In this document: positions 1 to 13,172 of the stretch, piece by piece
How the letters are laid out: every line of letters begins with the position of its first letter
Position numbering within the stretch: the first letter of the stretch is position 1
Assembly: GCF_006345805.1 (NCBI RefSeq)
Contig: NC_043022.1
Coordinates: forward strand, 11,160,001-11,224,000
DNA from: Octopus sinensis
Lineage: Eukaryota
DNA: 64,000 bases
Direction: 5' to 3'
Notes under the pieces: model-generated
The model's database searches: none
What the model was told of the DNA's origin: nothing
Seen by the model: the letters and a program-made list of their open reading frames with translations, nothing else
Made by a program: the position numbers and the translations under genes

Positions 1-133
1 GGTGGTTCCATTTCCATTTTTCATATTCATATTTTCATGCATTATAACATACATTTTTGTTTTATATGTTTTATGTCCCACATGTCTTACCGGTTTGTTC
101 CCTCTGTGTGTCCCGGTATAGATAATAAAAAAA
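1..133 (+). mobile_element. Probable 3' UTR/tail of a Tx1/L1-like LINE (runs in from the window edge)
   Basis: T-rich tract ending in AATAAAAAAA. Same architecture as the LINE tails ending at about 16955, 40205 and 44505. No coding part is in the window. Confidence 0.35.
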
Positions 134-146
134 GGCAACGAACCGT

Positions 147-990
147 TCACTTCGGACGACTGTGATTTTCAGTGTGATTTTTTTGTGGGAGGAAGGTGGG
201 AGATGTTACTGTTTTGCAGTTGATGGTATTGTTGAGGCGTCTCGAGCGTGTTTCTGTTGTTTTCTGCAGTTGTTTTGGTTCTTTTTCTTCCCATTGGCGG
301 CGGAGAAGGGCGTGGAATCGCGGAGAGCTGCGCGGGGGCTGCTGCGGTGGTTGCTGCTGCACTGTTGGAGGCCGGGAGGGTACACGTGGATGGGGATGAA
401 GTGTCGAGGGGTTTGTGTTTGGTGGAGGAGGAGAGCGCAATCTAGCTGGTCCCCCCACAGGAGTCGGTGGAGGAGAGGAGTGGGGGAGCAGTGGTGTGCC
501 ACACGTGGGCGATCGCCACAGGTTGGATTGAGAAGCTGTCGGAAGACGTGAAGGAGTGCCTAGGGGATGTCATGCAAGAGGCGACATTCGTGAGCGGAGG
601 AGGGAGGTGTGACGCAGAAGAGGTGAGGTTTGCAACGGGGGAAGAGGCGGCCTCGCACTCCGCTGCTGTCCTGGGCTCGGAGAGGGTGGTGCTGTTGTCC
701 ATGTGTGTGGGAGGGCGCTGCGTCCAGGTCGGGATGGTTGGGGTGCCGCCTGAAATTGGGACAGAGTGGTTGGTGGCGGCCATTCTAATGACCACCGAGG
801 GTGGACCGGAGCTCGGAGATGTTGGCAGGGGCGGATGTGTTGAATTGTTGGGGAAGCGGAGTGGAGATGTGGCTCTTCATTACATTTGTGGATATGGAGG
901 GCCTTCCCTGCCAAGTGGAGATTTGGGGGGAGAGTTCCTTGTAGGTGGTAGTAGAGGGTCGCGGGCCCAATTGTTGGATCTGCGGTGAGG
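147..990 (-). other. GC-rich segment with interrupted Pro/Ser/Thr/Gln-rich reading frames (possible decayed LINE ORF1 or exon)
   Basis: Sharp GC rise. Overlapping minus-strand ORFs 785-1129, 442-795 and 147-458 are all low-complexity P/S/T/Q. No recognisable domain. Confidence 0.3.
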
Positions 991-1739
991 GGGCTTGCAC
1001 GTGTATTGAAATGGACGTGTATGTGTGAAAGAGAGAGACAGGAAGAGGGAGAAAGAGAGAGAGTGAGTGAAGGGGTGTGTTGTCATGTATACATACATCA
1101 ATACATATGCATGCATCTTCCTTGTACATGTGTGTGCGTGTGTGTGTGAGTGAGAGAGACAGACAGTGAGCGAGTGAATGAACGAGTGTTCTTACATATG
1201 CGTGGCACTCTCTCTATTATGATGTACTATATGTCATATTATAAAAATTGAATCTAATTCATAGCGTATAATACACGAATACTTATAAACACAAATGGAT
1301 ACAAATATCTACTCGTCAGCTGTTAACTGAAGATAAAAGCAATTTTGGTAAATTTTATCGACAGGATTTCTTAGTTCAGAGTGCCGGGAGGGTGTATAGT
1401 AGATTGGAATTATTTCAGTAGAGTGGAAACCAAAGTTGATACCGTCAGGATTCGAAATTAGAACTTAGGAGACATAAAATACATTTTATTCTGGTTCCTT
1501 ACTCTTTCTGTAAGCTTTCCTCTTAAAAGAGAGTTCGCAGAATCTGAATAAGTAAATTTCCGAGTTCTTACTCTTGAATGGAGAGTGGAAAAAAGATCCA
1601 AAGGTATTGTTGCTGGCCTGGTTGTAGTTCTCATTCATCAAGCCAATAACATATTTTACCTTTTACCCGATGGGCAAATGTTGAACTTCTGCTCGTCGCA
1701 GGAATCAAATTTATTCGACATTCTCACTACTTTTTCTTT

Positions 1740-1960
1740 GAAATTTTGCCGATGTTGATCATACCAATTTCTTTAGAATCCAGGCTTTACCTTATATTTA
1801 AGGGACGTTGGTGAAGAGAAATGTGGCATTTAATGAATTTTCTACGTTGTTTGCGATGTAAACGAAGGAAGCGGTTTCAGTTTAGTAAAACTAGGCCACT
1901 GACTTGTTTCTAAATAAGCCAGTAGGGCTTCTCGCTGGAAGTTTACACTACATCAGTGTA
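1740..1960 (-). mobile_element. Heavily decayed Penelope-like RT fragment
   Basis: Minus frames read LETSQWPSFTKLKPLPSFTSQTT and FLFTNVPL, resembling Penelope RT segments (LKPL..LPSY..DT; LFTNVP). Confidence 0.3.
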
Positions 1961-3077
1961 CTCTTCACTATGAGAGAAAAATCATCTTCAAACTGTCATT
2001 GTGGTTTTGCTTTCACTGTTGAAGTGATTTGCCTTTGATCTTGCAAACAAACTGCAGCGGATGATAGTAATTTTTGTCTTTAGAGGAAGAAATGTTGTCC
2101 GTATGCAATAGTGGCTGTAATTTATTAGATACAACATAATTATAAAAACCAAACATATGAAAATAAATTGAAAGAAAGAATATAAATATATGACGAAAAC
2201 AGGATGGAAGTGAGAGAATGAGTGAGAGAGAGAGATAGAATGAGAGAAAATGCAATAGAGATGAGTTGCCAAATCACAAGTGTGGAGAGGGAGGGGGAAT
2301 TTCTTAAGTATTTCCCAGAAAAAAGGGGCGTGAGAAATTGAGAAAGGAAGTTGTTTCACATTTAATAATGTGTATATCTATGAGTGCGCACGTGTCTTGA
2401 GAATTTGCGTAGGGTGGTTAGGATGGTGCGGCGTAGTGATGAGTATACGGATATGAGTGGCGAATTTATACTCGTTCTTGCATAATATTGCGTATTTCAG
2501 AGAATGAGCTTAAAAAATGTGGGTAATATTTATGTGGTGTGTGCATAAGTGTGTAGGTATATGTACAGAAGTGAGTAATTGTGCACGAATTTGTACATTA
2601 GCATATTTATGTACATGTTTTCATATATCTCTGTGTGCATGCGTTTACGAGTGTCAGTGCATTTGTATACATGCGCTTGCCTATGTATATGGGTTATATG
2701 TGAATTTATCACTGTGTATTTGTGTATTCGCGTACATGTGTATGACTTTGTACGAGTGTGTAACTATTTGAATACACATGTTTTGAAACATATGCATGCA
2801 TGTGCATGTGTATTTAACTTGAAGATAAAACGCCTGTTGTGAATAATGGAAGATCACGAGGATAATGAAACAAGAATTTACTAGTGGTAAATATGATTAT
2901 TAGGCAAAGACCATGATAACATTTATCAACCACAACAGCCTCGAATAATACAGGAAGCACATCACCTCATTTGAAATAGATAATTCCCTAAGAAAAAGGG
3001 TAGTGTACATCTGTGTGTATAACACACACACACATCGTGAATCAGAAAAACTGAAATATGTTTAAACATTACATAGC

Positions 3078-3255
3078 CTAGCAGTGGATGCGTGGAAAAC
3101 AAGTGCGGAATCTCCTAGCACAGACTTCACTGAAGCTAAATCTATAGTGGATGACTTCATGGGCAAAACCATAATCAATTTGTACATTATTTGCCACTTC
3201 GTCAATAGTCATCCGTCTTGACAGAAAAACTGTCACAGACTTGTTCGATGGGACC
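3078..3255 (-). mobile_element. Mariner transposase fragment (second HTH region)
   Basis: RRMTIDEVANNVQIDYGFAHEVIHYRFSFSEVCARR matches the mariner RR.TI.E.A....IS.G....I....L...KVCARWVP pattern. Confidence 0.7.
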
Positions 3256-4171
3256 GTCAGCAAAGGATGTGGTCGAGTGTTCAGACTGATGAAAACGACT
3301 TTCTTTCATCTAATCAAACATGGAATTCCTAAAAAAAGACTGTGGGCACTGTCCTTCCTTTTCTGAATAACAAAATAAAACAAGACCTGTTCACTTTGAA
3401 AAAAATAAAATGAGAGCTAATCCTTTTACTGATCACAAAAACTCACTACCAGTATCTACCGGTGGTTTCCCGAATAGTACTTCATTACATATGTAGCACA
3501 GATTCTCAATTACAGAAAAAGAAATTTGTTGAAAATTCCATTTGCCCATGGAGAAAATATTAAGCACATTTCTTCTTTTATGAGTATATCAGTTAATTAC
3601 AAAATTATCTTTAACAACTAAGGCAAAGTAAATAAAGCGGATTGTTGAAGAAAACAAAACTTTTGCAACAGTAAAAGGGCATGTCTTGAGGTGCCAAACA
3701 TCTGTGAATCAAATTCACAGTTGATGCATAAAGTAATTCCTTAAAAGATATATCAATAGTAGAGAAGAAAATAATGATTAAAACCAGTAAGAGATTGGTG
3801 GTTGCTCGTCACAGAAGGAGTGACCATAAGTTTAATTTAAAAACGTTTTATACGTGTCAAATGACGGTAAATATAAATAAAATGTTAATGTCTCCACAAC
3901 TCTGAAGGAATTTTTTTGTGGGGTATATAATCTTTATTTTTGTTGTAGGCTTAACTTTGAGGATGGTTGACAACTTTTCGATGATAAATTTTTAGTACTT
4001 AATATTATTGTCCAGTTTAACACACCTATTTGATCTGAATAGGTTTCTTTCTACTAGCCTTGGCGCTCTGAAAAGTGATTATGGGTGTTGTCTACTCTTC
4101 TCTAAAATCGTTCAAAAATACAAATGAAAAAGACGGTCGCTTAGCTCCATTTTCTTTGCACTACGTGGCTA

Positions 4172-4213
<42 letters not shown>

Positions 4214-5119
4214 TAGTATAGCAACTATTGCAGTAACTGTGTCCTGCTACATTATAGGATATCTTTAAATGACAGGTGAATGAAGGCGTGTAGAATACTC
4301 ACAGACACACATATACACAAAATACTCCCTCCAAATACAAAGGACGCCCCTTATCAGTACAATTATATTTCTCAATAATTTCTGTTCATAACTTCCTGTG
4401 CTACACTGGACGAAATGAATGTAACCTACTTTTGTTTGGTTTTGCAACTGTTTCTCTCCTAACACCAATGAATTCTACAATCAACAGCTTAACAATATCT
4501 CAAGCTTCTGGTTTTATGCCTACGCAAATGAAATTGCAACAGTTGCTTATTTTCATGAAATTTTGAACGGTGAAGAAAAACGCTCGACACCAAAGAAATG
4601 TAAAGCAAAATCGATCCTGATGGGATTTGAACTTACAATCCAAAGACATGAAATTAAAGGTACTTGATTGAGAGTGGCACAGCATACTATCTTTCTTCGC
4701 CAATGCATAATAATCTATGTAGGTTGAAAAAGCCAACAGGCTTTCTTTTATGAAGATCTTGGATTCTGCTTGTGAGCTAAGTTCTCACGACCTCTATATT
4801 TCCAAGTATATAGTTAAAACTTCCCAAACAGGAACTATTTGTTAAACTAGAGCAGTCATCTTTAAGATTTATACACTGTTATAAATTTATCAGGCTAATT
4901 TGTGGGATCATGATTATTTGGACTATCAATGCGAATATCAGAATTTGAAAATATAAACGTTCCTAAACTTGAAGATTGTTGTTTCCTCCCTACGTTCTTC
5001 AGCTCTTTATTTTTCTTCTTTTTTCTCCAATTTCATAATCTCCACTTGCCATTTCGTCTCAATTACTGCGTTCTACCTTCCAACCTGCAAACATAAATAC
5101 ATGAAAATACGAATATATA

Positions 5120-5545
<426 letters not shown>

Positions 5546-7693
5546 ACACACATATATAACTGCTTCATCTTATCAAATCATAACTGTCTCATCATTCAAT
5601 GTCCAGTTCGCTCAGAGGTGGCTCTTTAGGTCTGTTGATTTATAAGGAGGAGAACTTACGTGGCAGATAAATTCTGCATCGCCATAAGAACGATCATGTA
5701 AATTCCTATGCATATATCTTCAAAGTTCCAGCTTGGAATCGCGCACTCTGCAGCGCGCCATACAAGTATATTACGAATGTCGGGGTATAAATTGGGTAAA
5801 TGTGGATTGTTTTAATGAGTGTTTATGCTATTCCATGTGATTAACAAAGCCTACTTTTTAAAAGAACAAGTCAAGCATTTTGTCCACATTTTGGACACAT
5901 ACTGAGGGAGTGTCAGAAAACAAGTCATACAGACATTGATTTTAGATCGAATCTGATGCCACGATCTGACCGACCACACACTAAATTACCAAATTACATG
6001 ATTTGATTCGTGAGTACACTAGTTTGCAAGGTACTCCCAAAATATTTAAATTCATTCAAAGTATCTAATCTGGTGCCATTCACGAAGGTGTTTGTTTCGA
6101 TGTAGGAGTTCAATTAAGTGAATATGTTTTTCTTTTTCGAACTCTAATGTGAAACCAAATGGAAAGTACGCAGTTGAAATTTGGTGCATTATGTGTTTCG
6201 TATCGTTTTCAGTATCAGAAACAAAATATCTGAATAACGATAGTCATATATGCCGTATGGAATGTCCTAAGCTTGCGGTCGAATTTCCTCAGATGAAAGA
6301 CCTTTCCTTTTCTAAGCGTTAGGTCAACACCAATTTCACATTATTGAAAAGTAAGAAGCCTGTTGAAAGTGATTCGTGGCCTCATGTTTCTATGTAGTTC
6401 CAAAATGAGTTTTTAAAAAATTGTCGAACAACCCAATTTTCCAAGAGTTTTGCAAAATATATCCTGTCAAGTGATTCAAAGATCAACAAAGATCTACTAT
6501 AGAGGCACCCGCTGCTCGATACATTTTTCTGGAGGTTGTATCGCAGAGAAAATCATATCCTAATCTCAAAACAGTTTGCGTTTCAGGTACTATGGGACAT
6601 GAAACGATTTAACAGCAGTCTAGATAAAACCTTGCCAACGAATTCCAAAGAAGTGATACCACGAAAAATACTACACACCGATTAAGATATTTACATTGTA
6701 TTCGAGATTTTAAAAATCCATCAATACAGTCTTGTGGTATAGAAGTTCTTACGCAAAAGTTTACAACAACTTTGTTGGGATACTGTTTAATCCTGGCTCT
6801 TGTCGGTATTAACCTGCTTGACCATCAAAACTACTTAATCTTCTGAAGATTAACAATTCATGTGATAAAACGTATCTAGGTGGGGTAAACTATCAATATT
6901 ATACCAACCACTACTGAGGTACTGAGGTAAATTGTTCCCTCCAACACTGTATAATACCTTCAGGGTCTTCAATGCATGTCTTGCCACTTTAGATTCGCGA
7001 AGATACAGATGATTGGGGGCCAAAGACATAGAGGAGAAGCCATAAAGTGTTTTAGAATCCCAATAAAAACAACTTTGCTGAGGTATTTCACCATTTGTTT
7101 TTAATCTAAGTAAGCACTTGTTGCACAGTTACTGTAAATGCTTTGAAAGACTTTTCAAGATTTTGCAGTTTCGGATCCAACAGAGGTGGTGATGGAAATG
7201 TTTCCTGTTCATTAACTTTCTGACAGGTGTGTTATCATTACCAAAGTAATCATTACTATTTTCCTTGAATCCAAATACATCACTTCGCGAAGCGTACACC
7301 TGGTCATTAAAGTTTTCCCAGGAACCATCAAGATTAAAAATCTAAAGCTTATTGGACACAGTTTGTTAATATTTAAATCCGCCAATTTAGGGAAAACAAA
7401 ACGTTTAGAAGATTTTCACTCATTCATGCGAATCTTTTTACGTATTCCGCGTATCAGTTTGTGGTCTGTGTCACATTTGATGATATATACCACACATCAC
7501 ACATACGTTTCAAACTTCCTAAATGTAATCTTTTCAGGCAACTACGAATTTAACCATGTGACCATGGTTGGAACTTGAATGAATTCATAGAAAAAAAAAA
7601 AGAGTTACAAATAAATAGATTAAATTTTGAGCCGATAAAGTGCGCTCTATATACCACGCGCGTGCGCGCGCATGCACACACACACAGACACAT

Positions 7694-7890
7694 CTCTTTA
7701 TCTTTTAATTGCTTCAGTCTTTAGACTGCGGCTATGATAGGGTACCACCTTCAGGAATTTTTAGTCGAATATTTCAACCCCAATACTTATTTATTTGAAA
7801 GCCTAGTACTTATCCTATCGGTCTTCTGCCGAATCGCTATGTCACGGGGACGTAAACACCCAAGCACTGGTTGTTGATCGGTGGTCAACA
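7694..7890 (+). mobile_element. Octopus-type SINE, family A
   Basis: Shares cagtc..tgactgcggc, agcctagtactta and acggggacgtaaacacc blocks with copies at 28181, 45298 and 58915. Confidence 0.75.
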
Positions 7891-8282
7891 CAGATATACT
7901 CAAAGGAAAGGAAATCAGAATCTGACAACTAAGATTCTGTTAAATTTGTAATATTTCAGTTTTGAAAGCATTTTAAAGGACAAAGATATTTTCATGTTTA
8001 AAACGTTCTTCTTAGAATGAATGTAGTACTCATGAGAAGAATTTTTTGTAGTTCTGATACTTTTAGGTTTCCTGATATTTGGCTGGAGTGCCATTTGGTG
8101 TTATCCTAAAAGCTCCAATGATCACAGGTAGAGCTATTGTTTTTAGATGCCACATGTTTTATGCCTCTGTTTCAAAGTCCTTGTATTAAACTCATTGTAG
8201 TCGTCTAATCCTAACCCTTGCTGTTTTTGTTTTTATTGTCATTACTATTAGATTTACTATTGTTATTTTAATTACCAATTAA

Positions 8283-8690
8283 AGTGGCTAACTGGCAGAA
8301 TCGTTAGCACGCCGGACAAAATGCTTGGAGGCATTCTTTTACTTGAGTTCAAATACCGCTGCGGTTGCTGTTGCCTTTTATGCTTTCGGGATCATGAAAA
8401 TAAGTTCCAGTAAAGTGCTGAGGTCGACGTAATCGACTTAACATTCCCACTAAAAGTGCCTTACTTGTGCTAACATTTGAAGCTGTTTTATTATTAATAC
8501 TATTATTTATCGCTAGTACACAGGGAAAAATGCTTAGCGGTATTTCATCCGTCTGAGTTCAAATTTCGCCAAAGTCACTGTCTTTCATCTTTCCGGGGTC
8601 GTTGAAATAAGTACCACTTGATCACTATGGTCGATTATATCGACCTACTCCAGCCCCGAAATCGCTGACCTTGTGCCAAAATTTGAAACC
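8283..8690 (+). mobile_element. Two tandem copies of a tRNA-derived SINE, family C
   Basis: ctggcagaatcgttagcacgccggacaaaatgctt...gagttcaaat (B-box-like)...aaataagtaccac. A second partial copy starts at about 8525. Related to 35580 and 41025. Confidence 0.7.
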
Positions 8691-9698
8691 ATTATAATCA
8701 TCGTTATTTTTACTATTGTGGTGATCATTTTGGCAAATCATGAATGAGTCTAATGAGTCTGAAGAGTTGCCATTAAACTAAACCCCGCATAATATCATGT
8801 AAGTCTTGAATGATTTATTGCGTAAGTACGTACAATGTGATTGGAAGCAAAATGCTATTGTAATCGATATTAAGTTATACAGTACAACTATTTTCATCTT
8901 AGATAAATGCGCCGTGCACTTGTGTGTGCGCGTGCGCACATATTTTTGGAGTCCAAACCACATCCCCTAATTTCTTCAAGTACGTCACATACATACTAGC
9001 TATACATATTACTAGCTATACACATATTACATATTACTAGCTATACATAAAAACAATTTCTCCTTAGGCTGAAGCATTGCTTAATACTTTTTAGTGAAAT
9101 ACATATAAACTGATTGACATTCAATTTGAAGTTTGTGTTTGTAATGAAACAATTTTTCAGAACAATTCCTGATTATATGTGAATTAGAGCCGTATTGCGT
9201 TATTGCACCTACGCTCTTTTCCTTATTCCCGCCTGCAATCCTTTTAGAACTTGGTGGGGATATTCCATGAAGTTTTGCATTAAAAAAGGCTTTATAGATT
9301 TGGAAAAAGAAAACAATACAATTAGGAAAAAAGTGGGGAGATCTTTCCTCTTCAGCAGTCAAATAGATTTCATAAGAGAGTCAATGTCAGTAGTAGGTTG
9401 AATGCTTATTCACGCTTATTTAAAATAACAAAAAATGAATACTGCATGCCAGTTATACAGAAATGAGACGTTTTCTAAAATTACCACAGATTGGGGCGAA
9501 CACAAATGTTTTATTGTCTTAATATAATGTCTTAAACATTTACAAACTAATTTTAAAGTAAAACAAACTTTCTTTTATAAAAATAGAAATATGTAGAAAA
9601 GAATATAAAATACATGTATGGGGAACTTATTTACTTAAGTTTATTCCAGTAACTTATTATTGTGTTGATAGTTTTCAGATATATCAGATTACATTCTT

Positions 9699-9700
<2 letters not shown>

Positions 9701-9730
<30 letters not shown>

Positions 9731-9756
9731 TGTATGTATGTATGTATGTATGTATG

Positions 9757-9810
<54 letters not shown>
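9701..9810. repeat. (TATG)n + (TA)n microsatellite
   Basis: Directly visible. Confidence 0.95.
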
Positions 9811-9813
<3 letters not shown>

Positions 9814-10020
9814 TTAAATAGGTGAATGAATTATCCTATGTTTATCGCCAGCATGGAAAATTCGTTTAACCGAAACCTGGGTAGCAAATTCACGTCAGAA
9901 ACACGGTTGAAGCGACCTGTCCAAGGGTAGAAACTCCGGTTTCATGTGCAGAAATTTGTGTGTTGTATATGAATAAATGAAAGAATGGAGTCGAACGAAG
10001 ATGTTAACAAAATTCCTTTA

Positions 10021-10102
10021 CTCTCGACATATGTTTCGAAGACAACATGTTTTCATTCCAAAGGAATAAAGGGTGCATTATGAAATCTTCTCATCAGGAA
10101 AG
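10021..10102 (-). ncRNA. Type I hammerhead ribozyme motif (canonical core)
   Basis: Minus strand: CTTTC-CTGATGA-GAAGA...TCTTC-GAAAC-ATAT-GTC-GAGAG. Stems I, II and III pair; GUC cleavage triplet. Confidence 0.85.
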
Positions 10103-10652
10103 ATGACATAGTACAGGGCTAAGTAAACTACGACATAGTACAGGACTAAGTAAATTAGTTTGGCATCTTAAAGACAACAATATAAATTTCAAGTTAGATT
10201 GGTTCATACTGTCTGTATCCTTTCCTTTTGATAAGGGCAGGGGATTTTGTAACATTTGTAACTCTGAACTCTTCCATATTCTTTTCTCTAAGGTTCCCCT
10301 AGTAAACACACTCATAGAAAAATCATACAAATGTAAACACTGGCAGAAACATACTTTCTACTCATATAAATGATAGCGATAGTCACTGTGGTTTGAACAA
10401 TTAGCTTTAAGTCCAACCCACTTCGATAGCGAAATTCTTTCCTAAGCCTTCGAACATTCTTTCAATCAAAGTACCCTTCCCTCTCCACTTGTTCCCTACC
10501 TATTATTCCTTTAACCCTTCTCTTCCTACTATCTATCTTTGACGTCAATTCTTCTAACGGTTTTTTTTAAAAAACACTCATTATCGTTTTGTTTACCATG
10601 TAGGCAGTCATCGAAATTTTCGTTTGTCTTGTTGTCGAGAGAGGCTCCCTTT

Positions 10653-10734
10653 CTTTCCTGATGAGAAGATTGCATAATGCACCCTTTATTCCTTTGGAAT
10701 GAAAACATATTGTCTTCGAAACATATGTCGAGAG
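10653..10734 (+). ncRNA. Type I hammerhead ribozyme motif (canonical core)
   Basis: CTTTC(10653)-CTGATGA(10658)-GAAGA...TCTTC-GAAAC(10718)-ATAT-GTC(10727-10729)-GAGAG. Predicted cleavage 3' of C10729. Confidence 0.88.
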
Positions 10735-10829
10735 TAAAAGAATTTTGTTAACATCTTCGTTCGACTCCATTCTTTCATTTATATATAAGGTTATATCTTG
10801 AGTGACAACACTCAAGATATACAACGGAC

Positions 10830-11400
10830 TAGAAATAGAAGTGCTTCAATGAGCTGTATACACTTTTTTATCCAAGGGGAAACAATAGGAGCAACACCCA
10901 CAGGAACACCACAAATTCAAAGATAGGCCAAACACATGCAAATCTTATATACTAATTTATATCTATACAGTCCGACTTATTGGAAATTTTAAAATTCAGT
11001 AATATATAAGTATCATATACAAATAAAAATATAAATACAAATATAAATATAAATTTTGCATATAACACGCTTAAAACTGTTAGAATAAGAGGAATAAATA
11101 TAGTGATAATATAAAAATATAGCATATCAAGACACGAGTAAAATTCCGGCGAATAGTACATAAAATATAATACACACACAAGCTTACAAAAATATAAGAT
11201 ATACAGAAGTCCATCATCTACGAGCCGTTTCGGGGATGTGCCAATCAATACTAGACATATCAGTACTTAAAATTGGCACTCCCCTCGTCAGGGTGTCCTA
11301 TACAACACATATAAAACATGAACAAACAAATACATAGTCACATACCGGCCATTCTCAGAACACAATATTTACGTACTCCCAGAAAAATTTTTACGTCGAT
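10830..11400 (-). mobile_element. Second Penelope-like terminal-repeat remnant (different family)
   Basis: Contains the hammerhead motif at 11213-11296. Boundaries approximate. Confidence 0.5.
11213..11296 (-). ncRNA. Type I hammerhead motif with imperfect stem I
   Basis: ACACC-CTGACGA-GGGGAGTGCCAAT...ATTGGCACATCCCC-GAAACG-GCT-CGTA-GATG. Intact core, long stem II, GUA triplet. Confidence 0.7.
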
Positions 11401-11602
11401 CTTGAATGGAACTTTATATGCAAGCCAATTCGATACAGTCGCCATAGGAAATTGTATGCACGCAGCGCCATCTGGCCCGTTTCACTTCAGCACTTAATTT
11501 ATTTTATTTTATTTCATTCCAATTTTATAAATTCTCCCATACATGCAAAGCCACATACTCAGGTCGATTCCTCGACTAACAGCTATTTTTCATATAATCA
11601 CA

Positions 11603-11832
11603 TTTAGTTTTATCTCGTTTTCCACTCACTATACTTACTAAACTTAATTCACTTGTTATTGGTTAGCTCTAACTTTTATTGCTATTTCTACTTCTAAATT
11701 TCCTAGCTATTTTTTAATAATTACATTACTTTAGTTAAATCTCGTTTACCACTCACTATATTTACTAAACTTAATTCAATTGTTATTGCTTAGCTCAAAC
11801 TTTTACTGCTTTTTCTATTTCTAAATTTCCTA
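11603..11832. repeat. Diverged tandem duplication, unit about 125-130 bp
   Basis: atctcgttt.ccactcactata.ttactaaacttaattca.ttgttatt...ctaaatttccta occurs twice in tandem. Confidence 0.8.
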
Positions 11833-11931
11833 TAGAACGTCGAGCGGATCTTATGCGTACACGCCGGTATTGCATCAGTGAACTTATTTAATACACACAT
11901 ACAAAAACGTAGTTGTGTGTAAATATGTACC

Positions 11932-11934
<3 letters not shown>

Positions 11935-12018
<84 letters not shown>

Positions 12019-12079
12019 ATATATATATGCATGTATATATATGTACGTGTATATATATATATATATATATATATGTATT

Positions 12080-12122
<43 letters not shown>

Positions 12123-12135
12123 GGGAGGGGAGAGA
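11935..12135. repeat. Compound (TA)n/(TG)n/(GA)n microsatellite
   Basis: Directly visible. Confidence 0.95.
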
Positions 12136-13172
12136 GGGACTCACATATTTGTGAACATATTCTTGTTTTCATATGTAGAAACACGTTTAAATGTGTACAT
12201 GTATGCATATCATACACAGGTGAATTTGTGTAGCTTTCGCGAGTGTGTTTAACAGCCTCGGGTCGACCCCAGCCTTGTGCGTTGGCGTTCTGTAGACAGA
12301 AACTTTGTAGTAATCCGTCAGATAGACTGTGTCTAATTTAAAGTTTCAATCTTAGGCTGATTCCGCCCGAGAATTATGTTCAGCCACTTACACGCTCGAT
12401 CAGTGAACAGTTACAGAAAACCCTCACTTCACGAAAGTTATACGTTCATGAAAATCTGGCTCTTACGCGAAATTCCGTAATGCGAAATCAATTTTTCTAT
12501 TGATTTTCGTATTATCAAATGAAATTGCGTTCCTGCGGACATTTCTAGGGTCAGCGGGAGGAAGAAGCACATGAAAACAACTGAAATCAAGCAACACGAT
12601 CACTTTTACACATGAAAATAACTATTTCTAAACATACACGGTACAAGACAGATACATAAAAATACAAACATATTGAGGAATGAGTCCGGAAATTAATAAG
12701 AATCATAATATTGTAAGAGCACGTTCTTACCACAAAAGATTTTAACAACTGTATGAGGGGTGGTGGTGGAATGAGCGTTACTAGGAGGCTGAGAGACATT
12801 ATTTACTATCTAGTAGTTCATTATTATGAACATTAGCTTGATTATATAAGTGGTCTGAATAATTATACAAGTGTCTGAATATTTTATACATTTTATACAT
12901 TTTAAAATTAAATATCTATTTTGTTCTACTTTTATTCATCAGTTAAAATTAATGGAAAAGGAAGTACTGTATTTCTAAGAGCAAGTCTTTTGTGATTGTG
13001 AAAAGTTGGAGAAAATCAATGGAATTTCTTGTCCCATAACAGTACACCTTTAACGGCACACATGGTTTAATGAATTTAAGCGGATATTTACAATGTGCGG
13101 TCTCATTTTGAGTGAACAATAGTGTGTTGCCATCTTCACAATGTTGGAAACCGCCAATAGAATGAAAATTTA

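Larger units (their letters stand above)
9960..10800 (+). mobile_element. 5'-truncated Penelope-like element with an inverted copy of its terminal repeat
   Basis: Plus strand encodes STGLSKLVWHLKDNNINFKLDWFIL and FCNICNSELFHILFS...KCKH, resembling the Penelope GIY-YIG C-terminal region. About 140-bp inverted repeats at 9960-10102 and 10653-10790 each carry a hammerhead. Confidence 0.75.

Noticed and set aside
467-988. 173-aa plus-strand ORF
   Set aside because: G/V-rich antisense shadow of the C-rich minus strand; no motif, and it starts at a non-ATG codon.
6300-6830. Possible Penelope RT remnant (also 26640-26830 and 27480-27720)
   Set aside because: Only faint motif echoes such as GIPMSS; too degraded to support without an alignment.
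10103-10160. Short direct repeats resembling a CRISPR array (also 8990-9050, 56948-56988, 60363-60410)
   Set aside because: Only 2-3 adjacent units, no unique spacers, eukaryotic context, no cas genes; local slippage duplications.
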